Assembly (NCBI GenBank): GCA_964035545.1
Contig: OZ037770.1
Span: 14,002,642-14,066,641, forward strand
Direction of reading: 5' to 3'
Length of the DNA stretch: 64,000 nucleotides
DNA from: Bugula neritina
Taxonomy: Eukaryota > Animalia > Bryozoa
In this document: one piece after another, positions 51,951 through 64,000 of the stretch
Layout of the letters: each line of letters opens with the position of its first letter
Position numbering within the stretch: the first letter of the stretch is position 1
Notes under the pieces: generated by a model
Database searches by the model: none
Told to the model about the DNA's origin: nothing
Seen by the model: only the letters and a program-made list of their open reading frames with translations
Position numbers and translations under genes: made by a program

Positions 51951-52769
51951 TATTTTTTAGCTTGCATGGATATTTGCAACGATCAAGATGTCATTTGAAC
52001 CTGGACTGGAATAAAGATGGCAAATCGAGAAGCTAGCTACAATTATTCTGCAGAAAGAAACTTGGTAAGCAAAAATAAGCTGCAGCATTAAGCAGTAAGC
52101 AATATGACGATGAACTTTGCTTGATTTTGATTGACCTTAAAATATCTGGTCACCTTTCACCAACGTGGTCCTGCGCGGGTGGCCGGTGACCTTAAAATGT
52201 CTGTTGCACGTAAAATAAATTTTGTGACAGTCAAAAGTATGCTGATCTTTTTCGTATTTCAGTGCATCAGTGTCTTAGCTTAAGAGCTGAACCCAACAAT
52301 TATGATCTAAAGCTGTTTTTTACTAGAAAGTGATTTTACTGTCTTTCTGATTATTCTTGGTTTTTCAGCTTGATGAATTGAATAAATGGATTTGATTTCG
52401 GGTATTATGTAATGGATGAAAGAAATTTTTCTTAAATTTGTACTGAGCAATTTTTGCTATTGCTATGATGTTTAGTGATAAAAGCATTTGTTTATGTTCA
52501 TTTTTAGGAAATTAAAATGAAGACACAACTCACCGATGCTACCTCACTGTGCCTGCATGCAGTTTATCTAAAAAGGTACTCCTATTAGCTGGCTCTTGCC
52601 CAATACCTGGTTGTCTCTGTAACTATTTTTTGCTTGCAGATGAGTTTTTGGAACTTGACATTTTATTGATTTTGAAAGTTATAGTGAGCTTTGAACTTGC
52701 TAGCATCGTTTTTAAAGACTTGCTGCAGTTATTATCAACATTTTTTAAGTCAATGGTGTTAGTTTGGAA

Positions 52770-53040
52770 GCTCTCTCACTCCTCTCTCTGTCTCTTTCTC
52801 CCACACCTTCCACTCAACCTCTCTCTCTTTCTCTCCCTCTCTCCCACCCTCCCTCTCTCCCACCCTCCCTCTCTCCCACCCTCTGTCTCTCCCACCTTCT
52901 CTCTCTCCTAACCTTTCTCTCTTCCCTTTTCCACTATCTCTCTGACTCTCTCCCTTTCTCTCTTCTACCCCATCTCTCTTCCATCCTCTCTCCTAACCTT
53001 TCTCTTCCACCCCCCCTCTCCCACTCTCGTTCTCTCTCTA
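52770..53040. repeat. Polypyrimidine (CT-rich) low-complexity tract
   Basis: About 270 bp almost entirely C/T on the + strand. Confidence 0.9.
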
Positions 53041-56000
53041 GTTTGCATGGCTTTACCCAATTTTGGTTTATTTTTTTATTTTGTTTCAGAGTATCCAAAA
53101 GGAAAGCTAAAATTTATTTAATATATATTATACCAACTTGAGCTTTACATATAATATCAAATAAATGCTGTGTTTTGTTAAAACAATGTTTGCAACTTTG
53201 TAGTATATTCAAATTCATAATTTATTTGTAGAGTCACACAACAAGACACTACTCTGACACACTCACAAGTTGCCACTGATCCAGCAGTATAGATGATTGT
53301 TTTCTCCCACTGGCTATGCTGTCACGCTTTACTGTTGTAGTGTTTGAAACAAACCAATTGTTTGCCTACGCAGATTAGGGTGAGAAATGAAAGGTGTTTT
53401 TAATACCAACTACACTTAGTTTTTATTGAATGAAAAACAAAGTGAAATCATTAGTTATCCGGTAAATGACTAAATCATTGTTTATAAAGATGAAACACAA
53501 ATAATCTTATAATATGCTAATGAAATTTGGCTTTCAAATAGCTTTTTTCTGTATATTTGTTGAGGAAGTTTATCTTCAACAAAACTCCGTAGCTGTTGAA
53601 TATGTGGAGAGTATTTTATATTGCATAAATTTATAGAGTAAAAGGTTCTCATCAAACTTTTACAACTTAGCTCATCGACGGTTTAAAAGTGTGAGTCACC
53701 CTTCACACTAGAGTTTTATAAAGTTTTAATGAATGTGCAGTATTTTATAAAATATTGTGTGTCTCGTAAATTTAGCTATTTCTACCTTTTCAGTGAGATT
53801 GGAGTAAACACACCTCAAAATTCACATCTGGTATCACATTGATTTATCGCAAGTCAAAGTACACCTACTAACTCTTCCTTGCATTAATACCTGCTTGCTT
53901 TTGCACTTCTACTCATTTCATATACCTAACATTTCTCTTGCAGATGAATTACATCTTTTAAGTTGTAAAAGCCTTAAATAGCATGAAATTAATGAGGTTT
54001 AAACCGTGGCCACACTAACTAATGATGCGTTTATTGATGGGTTAAATTACACGAAAATATTGTCTCTTTCTTTTTAGTTTCACCTAAAGTATTACATACT
54101 ATTGATGGAGGCTTTGCTGAAGTTTTTGGGTGATGATTTGTCAATAATTTTCCAGAGAAGATGATGCCACGGTGGCTGGCATCATTATGAAGTTTCCAAA
54201 TTTCTTTCGGCTTTGCTCTAGTGAAAATGTTGGAAAACAATCAACAAAAAGGTTTGTACCATAAACAAAGTTATTGTGTGCGTGTTGTCAAAGCATAAAG
54301 TGTGCTGGAAATTTTTAGGTTTCTGTTGAGATGCGTTTCAGTTAATATCACTAGCGGAGTGCCCACCTATATTTTAAATCATATTGATGCATAAGTTCTT
54401 TTTGTAATATTAAAAGTATAACTTGCTTAATTGCTATTCAATGCCCTTTGAAGTTTCCAACTGTAATTAATTAGTTGATTTGGCAGCATAGTATCGATAA
54501 TTGATGAAGGCAGCCGATATAATTATAAGCATAAATATCTATATCTACATGAAGATGTCATTCCCAATGATTGTTATTCTGAAATCAGCTGATTAAGTTA
54601 TCACAAACTAAACATTTTGACCAGCGGCTTGCAATGCAACTCGGTGAAATTTCAGACCTAGATAAATTGAATTTCTTACTGAAAATCGTGAAGGTATTAA
54701 AGTTTAAAGTGAAAGTTTAGAGGGTCATCTCTCTGCGAATTCTAATAGCATGGTGCCAATTAGACTTGAAAAAATTTCAAGGCACTATAAAGCACTAAGC
54801 CTATTCTTACAAGTAGTTTCAAAGTGCACTGGAATTTCAGTTTACTTGTCATTGTATAGAATCCTGATCTACACTATATAGCATTCACTATTGCCTGCTT
54901 CTTCTAAGCATCTATAATGTATTAACTACAGTTTGCTTTGAGAAGTGAATTTCTACTTGGTATTTTTTCCTTATCGTTCTGTTGTTTGCCAGTAGTCTTA
55001 ATTTAATGGATTTTCCCTTTTCAAAAGTGGTTGTGACAATCAAAACACATCATGCAGCCTGCAACTACACAATCAGTCAGTAATTTCTTCCATTAAAGTA
55101 GCTCTTCTGGTTACTCTTGCTCACCTAAAAGCCTGAGCCTCATTCAAATTGCAACTTTTTAGAGTTGTTAGTTTTTCATGCAGTCTTTCATTTTTTTTTG
55201 TTAGGCACAAAATTAGTATTCACTAGACCTAATCTTTCATCTGCATGTATGCCTATTGTTTGTTCATTAAAGAAAAACCTCTGCTGAATATTGAACTAAT
55301 AATGAAAATAAATTCCCTAAACTAAAAGTAGCAGTGTGATTTTGGTATTACAATTAGTTGTTAGCATAGAGTCAAGTTATTGACAGGAATTTTCAAATTG
55401 AAATGAATGAATTTCATTGTAAGTCAGCAAGATTTAGTCTAAGTAAACGTAGCATTACATCGTGTTTTATTTAGCATTTGCAGAAGGCAACATATATTTT
55501 GAGGATTATTGTAAACTTAAATGTAATTTTAAGTACTTTCCATGTTTGTTATTGTAGATGGTCTTGTTCTTTGGGATGGATGTGACAACTCCTTGTGTCA
55601 AGCTTAACTGATTGACTACTGAATCCCAATCATATGTTTTGCCAAAAAATGTGAAAATGGTGTGCATGTCTACTTTATTTGAGAAAATATTAAAAATACT
55701 TTTGAAACTTCATCTAGCCAAACAATACAACAGTTTCATTTCATTAAAAAATATCATTTGCACAAAAATGTATTATGTAATCGAACAATTTCTAGAAAAA
55801 AAAGTGCTTTCCTCCAGTTTTGCTAATGAACTACATTTTTCATTATATGCTTGTCTTTATAATTTTATTAATTGTTTTTTCTGGTGAGTCAATTAAAGTC
55901 AATTCAACCTAGAAAAGTCTGAATTTCAGACTTAATTTCAAGCTAGAATATTCACATTTTTAGGTCTGCGTTTGCAAACATTGTTGTGTTACTTTACTTT

Positions 56001-59000
56001 TTATATTTTTTGAAATAAATATCTTTTTAGCTTGTGCCTATTCATGATTAGAATAGTATAATAATATTTAACTTTTCTTCAATTTCAATAGATGAAAATG
56101 TTGATCAGTTGGAGTATTCAGTTTAGCTGAATTTTACTTGCTTCTGCGAAAACAATCTTTTGGAGTTGTCTGCCCTCTCTTTAGGTAATTTTTTGACCTA
56201 TGGTCAACGCAATAATTATAACTTTTTAAAGATGCTTGTGAACCTAACAATATAGCATAACTATCAAACCACATTATTCAATATCTGCATAAAATTTAGC
56301 CGATAAGCTGCCACCCAATGAGCTTGAAGATATTAGAATTCTAGCTCAGTGCTGCCATCAATGTAGATATTTATAATGATATAAAGCCAAAACTCATTAT
56401 TGCATGAAATTATCTAACCATTCCTGACAAAGAATCGAGATAATAACTCCAAAGTTGGTCAGTTGAAACCACAGCAATAATACTTTAATCCTTATAATTG
56501 TCAGGTTTAATTTTATACCAAGCCCCAATAAGTGCATATAACTATGACAACACAGCCTAAGCACCTCCAATGCAAGAAATTTAGTATTGTGGTGCTGCAA
56601 ATCCTCCAGTTACAAATGAGTAGAGCTTTCATGATTATTGGTCTACCATAATGTTTATTTAGTTTTAAGGACTAGCATAAATGCTATAATATGCGGGAGG
56701 TATTTGAAAAGCTTCCAACTCCATCTTCAACTACGGGCTATTATAATTATGCCGATAAACGAGATACTACACTCAGACTGCCCTGTTATAGTACTATGAT
56801 TGGCTACTGCAAAATTTTTGCCGATAGACAACATTTAATTATGATGTAATGTATCTCGTATTGATACATAAGTGTTATGTCTGAGGACGAGATACTGTGA
56901 AATTATGCCCTGATATATATATATAGCAATGAAATAACCTATAAATAAAGGACACTATTGAAAAATAACAACAGATGTCAAACTTTTTATAGATTATTCA
57001 GGCTGAAACCAGATTACAAATATGTTTTTCTATTTTACATTTGCAATGCTTCATACTCCTACATATTTATGATGAAATATTTATAGAGTACTTAAGCTGT
57101 AATTAATTGCCAATATTCTAATGAACCCATAGCAATATGTATGATTTGATTAATGCAATTGAAATCACTATCATAAATGTGTTCAAAACAAAGTTAGGGG
57201 TACGCCATGGTATGTAGTACCTCACTGATATTCTCTAGACTTTGATCACTGGCTATATAGTATGAAACATGCTTTTATACTTGCTTGCTTGCAGAACTTG
57301 ATGTTCAATAATATTCAATATAATTTGTATTTAAAGTATTATTCACAAATGGCAATGTCTATCAAGGTTTCAGCTTATAAATATATAAATGTAGTTTTAC
57401 TAATTTTGCATATTTTCCTCACATCAAAACAAATTATAATGAGTAATAATTTGTTACCATGGTTACATTATAGTGAAAATATAATAATATGCTAATTGTA
57501 AAGGAACAACTGCTAAAGTTTACTTGCATCATACGTACATTATATATGATTATTCACAATATTATGTTATTGAATTTAATATATTCTTGCCCAACCGTTG
57601 GTGTCAGTTTGTGTTTTAGAGTTGAACTAATAGATGCTAGTTTTAAGGCAATCAAACATTTAGTAGCTATTTTTATCTTAGCTCAGTCTGCTATTACTTA
57701 ACTTTAAGATCTTTCATTAGGCAAGTTATTAAATGCATATATTGGGAAGTTATACTTTCAACACTTTTTAAAAAAGAGTTGGAATAATAGCTGCCCGACT
57801 ATAAAAGACTGCTATAGTCGTATTTTAATTATTGCACTTCACAAAAAGACTTTGACAATAAGAACTTTTTGCAAAGATTAGAGACTAAATGTAACATAGC
57901 AGCTTGTTAATTGGGAGTTCATGTGTTGTTGCTTATATTTGTAACTTGAATATTATTAGAAAACACGATTCTACCTTTAAACATGCTTGCTGTAAAAGTA
58001 TGTAACGGTAGAAAAGAAACTTTGTGATGCAATACAAGGAATTTCCAGCTGCATCCCTCATATAACTAAACAGCACTTCATGCAAAAGTTAATTTAAAAC
58101 TTTGGTTAATGTTATATTATATGTCATTGTTTTCTAATGCACAGAATTTATATACTTAACTATTAATTAATGTTTTGTGTACCTTAAACTGAGAATAACT
58201 TATGCTTAGTGGCTAGAATCATGTTTTAGAATCTACTATTGCTTATAGACTCAAATCCTTCAGGCGCAATATGATATTGTCAGGAACCCCTCTTTCTGCC
58301 CAGCTCTAAAACAGACTACAAAGTTCTAAGCTTCCTTGAAGCTCCAACTGAGAGATTTACCAGACTTAAGACTAGTGAGCAGTTTAGTATTATAGATTCA
58401 TAAAACATTGAACTAAGTTTTTGTTGAATGAAGACTATAACTGCAAAGCTTTGATTAAAAGAGATTACTCAAAGAGTATATCCGATACAGTGTGAGCAGA
58501 GTGTTGTAAAGCAACCACATTATTGGCTATATATGCTATAAACAGGAATGTAATTAATAGCGCGAAAATAAATTTTCTGAACTACATGCAACTACATGTA
58601 TAATATGTAAATAGCCATAATTCGAAATTGTATTTTTGGAGTAGAAAAAATGTAAAATTAGTAAATGTCATTTACAGTATAAAATGGTTTATATGATATT
58701 CTGTATGTAAAATAGGATATTTTCACATGTATGCAACATACGTGTCAATTGAGAGTGTGAAATCATTCTAATAGTTTCCTTGTAGTTTTCACACTTATAC
58801 TGACTCAGCATATAACAAGTAGATATTTAAATTTATTTATACTCTGTGCCAAGAATTTATGCTGTAAACAAAATTAAAAAATTGAGAAAGTGTCTTATAT
58901 GTATAGCTTATAGCTGCATGTATGACATTTTCAAAATCAGAAAAACATTTTTTTTTCAAAACAAAATGGTAAACTATTGTAATACATATATAATGGACTA

Positions 59001-59634
59001 AAACAAAGTTAATATGCACCGAATAAGTGACAAATTACTGCATTGAAAATGTAGTTATCATTTTAGTTTTTTCTGTTAAAAGTCAGGAATATAAACAAAC
59101 ATACAACACAGAATAATTTTAGAAGTAAAAATATATTTTTGTTATTATATAGCTATAACACTTAAATTAAAATAACATCATTTTAGCTAAAATAGTTAAT
59201 TGGCAACTTTAATTGTTAAATAGTTGCTAAATTGTTAAATTGCTGATATAAAGAAGGAAGGTGACAGATTGCAACATGATTATTTTTAAAAAGTTTTTTC
59301 TGCACATAATAATGTCATATATTTACTCTTCAAGTACATGAAACAATCTATTTGCAATGTTTAAAAGCCATGAATTAAGTAAGAGTATAATAGCATATTG
59401 CCTTCAGCTAAAAATAAATTTTTAACTCGCAGCTTATCAACATTTAAAAAACTTTCTTGACTGAAGTCCAACTAGTTTTTAAAAAACAACATAATAAAAT
59501 CAATTTTTAACACATAAGTTGTGTAACTCAATAAGGAACAAACACGTCACCATGTGCCATGACTAAACCCATATATTTCTATATATTACTATATATACAT
59601 TAGTTATGGACACTTTAAAGCCAGAACCTTAACT

Positions 59635-59687
59635 GTTGCTATGGATACAAATATAGGTTTAATTTCCGTGAACTTCTAGTATATAAA
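59635..59687 (+). promoter_or_regulatory. B3 promoter: X-box-like GTTGCTATGGATAC, TTCCGTGAA and TATATAAA
   Basis: X-box 59635-59648, TTCN3GAA 59664-59672, TATA 59680-59687. Confidence 0.6.
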
Positions 59688-59756
59688 GGCCAGTGTTTTA
59701 CAAACTCATCACAACATTCTACAACAGAACAAGTTTAACATTTAAACTGAGTGCTA

Positions 59757-61319
<1,563 letters not shown>

Positions 61320-62038
61320 AAAAACACCTTTGACTGTCAACTATTCCAACACAAGCACAACCCTCTCCTTGACAAGACCCTTAAAGCCTAAAGAATTGAT
61401 AGCAATTTGTTTTTACTTAGTTGCTGATCAATGAATGTTATTTTCCATAATTTTCTTTTGATTTTTCTAACTTCAAACAGTTCATTCTAAAGATGTTTTA
61501 AGATATCTATAAGTAATTAAAATAAAATAAAACTTTACCAAGTTTCTAAGCTTGCTTTTATTTGCATTGGGTAGTATGCATGTTGTATGTTGCAAATCAT
61601 AAATATTACAATTATACAATTATTAAACTCAACTATATAGCCAACAATGGTGTAGAAATACTAACACTTATAGTATATACATATTACATAATTATTATAA
61701 ATGTATTCTTGACTTCAATGTGAGCAGAATTTGTAATCCCTTCCGGTGTACTTAATCTGTTTAGGCTTACTTATTCAACGAATCTTGTAAAATAGCTTGA
61801 TCAGACTTGGTACAGCTTTTTCAATGAATATTTTTTACAAAGTGCTCACTGCAGTCTGCAGTAGCATAACTCCAATCTTAGGTTCACATTAAACATTTGC
61901 TGGTCTCATAATTGGCAGCACTAGAGTTTGGAATATTTAGGTGGATACAACATAACTTGATTCAGTGAAATGGAACACTTGCAGCTACCAACTTTTCTAT
62001 TATTTTGCTAATATATAAATTGTTGAAATTATAATTTC

Positions 62039-62390
62039 GGGAGCAGCTGGAGTCTAAAGGTTTGAGGTTCAGGGCCAAAATGCATGAGTTAGATTCTGAA
62101 GTACAATAATAATTTTTGTTAATTAAACTTCCAGCCTCAGAGACTTTTTACTCCTATTTTTAAGTTATGTATGTTACACTGTTATCATTTTTAATATCAT
62201 GGGCATCGGTTTTTAACACCTTTTTTTCACAACATATATCATGTTAGTGATAGAAATAAAATCAATCAATCAATCAAGTACATGTTGACATCAGAAAGAG
62301 CATCTGATCATAACTGACCCTGTGACAAGTATATAAGCATGGTTCTTAGCCCACTTCTAATATAACTGGTTTGCACAAGAATGGAGGTAT
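62039..62390 (+). mobile_element. Old, interrupted copy of the same SINE family
   Basis: gggagcagctggagtctaaagg resembles the SINE head; gacatcagaaagagcatctgatcataactgaccctgtgac and ttcttagccc resemble the body of 30988-31199. Confidence 0.5.
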
Positions 62391-62929
62391 TAAACAAACA
62401 TGAGTTATCATTTACGTTATACAATTAATTCTTCACTATATTACTGAGGCAATTAAGATAGTATTGTTATAAATATTATATCTTGAAGTCAAACATTCGA
62501 AATATAGTCAATTATTTTTGCTTTCACCTATTAGGCAACTGTGCTTAATGCAATTGTCTTTCCTTTCACCCCAGTAATTAAAGCTTCTATCCTAAGGCTA
62601 TATGGTTATAACAATAATTATTATGTACATTGGTTGTTGCAACAAAAGTGGGACAACTTCCAATCACTTACAGCTAGAAAGTTATCATTTGATTCTACTG
62701 TTAAATAATTTTTGTGGTTATTTATATGTGTAAGGTTTCTTATTTTTATTAAAATTCTTGAAATTATTATAAATTATTGTAGTTAATGAGATTTTTATTT
62801 CCAAAACATATTGAGACACACTTACAAAGAAAGTTTTGCTATAGTTTATTCCAATCAAACTAGCCTATCAGTAATCGGGTAAACTGTCAAACCTAATTTA
62901 AAAGTCTTTTAAAATTGAAATGAACACTT

Positions 62930-63930
62930 ACCATGTTGATTAGCCTAAAAATTTATAATAAAAAAGTATCTTCTTGAATAGAATTCAGATTGAGAGAGCA
63001 CTGAAACCTGAGTTTATAAATTAAGGTGAATAGCAATGTGCAGAAGGCAATATCTACCATAATGAAGTATCGTCTGTAAAAAGTTTCTATTGCAATTCAA
63101 AATTGATTAATAGCGAAATCAAAATTTACAGATCAATTGTATTCAAACACCGCCTTTAAAAGAATGCATTTCCATAACTGGAATTATAAACAAAAGATGT
63201 TGGAGTATTTATTTATTTAGGATATTATTGCGTTTTAATATATAGATGTATTTATTGTCACGGCTAGACTGAAATAAAAGCGCACTGAGATAAATTATAA
63301 GTGCTAAGTATTAAGTTATAATTTGCAAGTTGCAAGTGAATAAACCAGTAGATAAATAACAGAAAATGTTGGGTTTATATACTAGTCTAAAAATTTTGCT
63401 AGAATCATTGTAGAAAAGCATAATGTAGCTAACATAGCTGTGATAATACAAGTAAAGTTATAATGAATTAGAAAAAGCTTTCCAAGCCCACGTATATAAT
63501 GTCTCAACAGATATCAAGTTTAGATATGAACAAAAAAGCGCTTAAATACTATTAACCACAAGAAAAGCTTTGCTATGCAATGACATTGTGAAGTTTTAGT
63601 TTTATATCAGTACCATTGCTATAATAGTTTATAAATTAAGTGACTATATGTAATATGCATAACATAAAAGTAATAACATGGTAAAAACACAGAGAAATTT
63701 AAACGTAAGACGTACAACCAATATCAATTTATAAATTCTAGGTAAAACCAATACCAGCAAATAATGAGGAAATATGCACCACCCCAAGGAGAGTAGATGC
63801 CACATATGCAGGTAATAGGAAACTCAATGATAACAGAAGTCAAACTTGCCAACCGCAATGAGGAAAAATCGCAACAGAAATATATGCCATGTACGCAAGC
63901 CAATTTTTCTTCCAATTATATCTCAAACCT
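62930..63930 (-). pseudogene. Possible decayed exons of a multi-pass membrane protein (weakly ABCG/ABC-2 TMD-like)
   Basis: Minus frame GLRYNWKKNWLAYMAYISVAIF...*LLLSLSFLLPAYVASTLLGVVHISSLFAGIGFT*, and ttttacag|RYFIMVDIAFCTLLFTLIYKLRF near 63073; in-frame stops; the family guess is weak. Confidence 0.25.
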
Positions 63931-64000
63931 TTGTAAGACTATTATTTTATTATTTTTCACGTTGTTATTGTATTAATCAAGCCTACATTATAGTTATAAG

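Larger units (their letters stand above)
36564..56912. mobile_element. 20.35-kb TIR-bounded DNA transposon-like element (hAT-like CAG...CTG termini) inserted in (TA)n
   Basis: Interrupts sequence that is contiguous in the paralogue at ~27550-27570. Termini CAGTATATATTTTCC... and (rc) CAGGGCATAATTTCAC... match 25/38 without gaps. A 22-bp motif AGTATCTCGT-N4-AGACATAA recurs at both ends. No transposase ORF recognised. Confidence 0.75.

Overview
AT-rich animal (probably invertebrate) genomic DNA with GT-AG introns, so the ORF track mostly shows antisense shadows and microsatellite ORFs. Splicing by eye reveals seven intact 5-exon paralogues encoding secreted, 18-19-Cys proteins of 150-153 aa that I cannot name. 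Each has a signal peptide (exon 1), an 8-Cys antistasin-like module (exon 2), a 4-Cys reduced antistasin-like module (exon 3), a 6-Cys reduced WAP-like module (exon 4) and a short tail (exon 5). Subfamily A is A1(-), A2(+), A3(+), A4(+); subfamily B is B1(-), B2(+), B3(+). The subfamilies share a near-invariant exon 2 but have divergent exon 4 modules. In all three modules the region corresponding to the canonical protease-binding loop is remodelled. The locus records tandem and inverted duplication, probable gene conversion between head-to-head pairs, and deletion of an eighth gene at about 33.74 kb. It also carries tRNA-derived SINE insertions and a 20.35-kb TIR-bounded element in a (TA)n tract upstream of B3. 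That element contains a decayed R4/Dong-like LINE, a MITE-like foldback and about 5 kb of hexamer-periodic DNA. B promoters carry a position-conserved RFX X-box-like motif, and most promoters have TTCN3GAA 7-8 bp upstream of the TATA box. All alignments and domain calls were made by eye; no searches were run.
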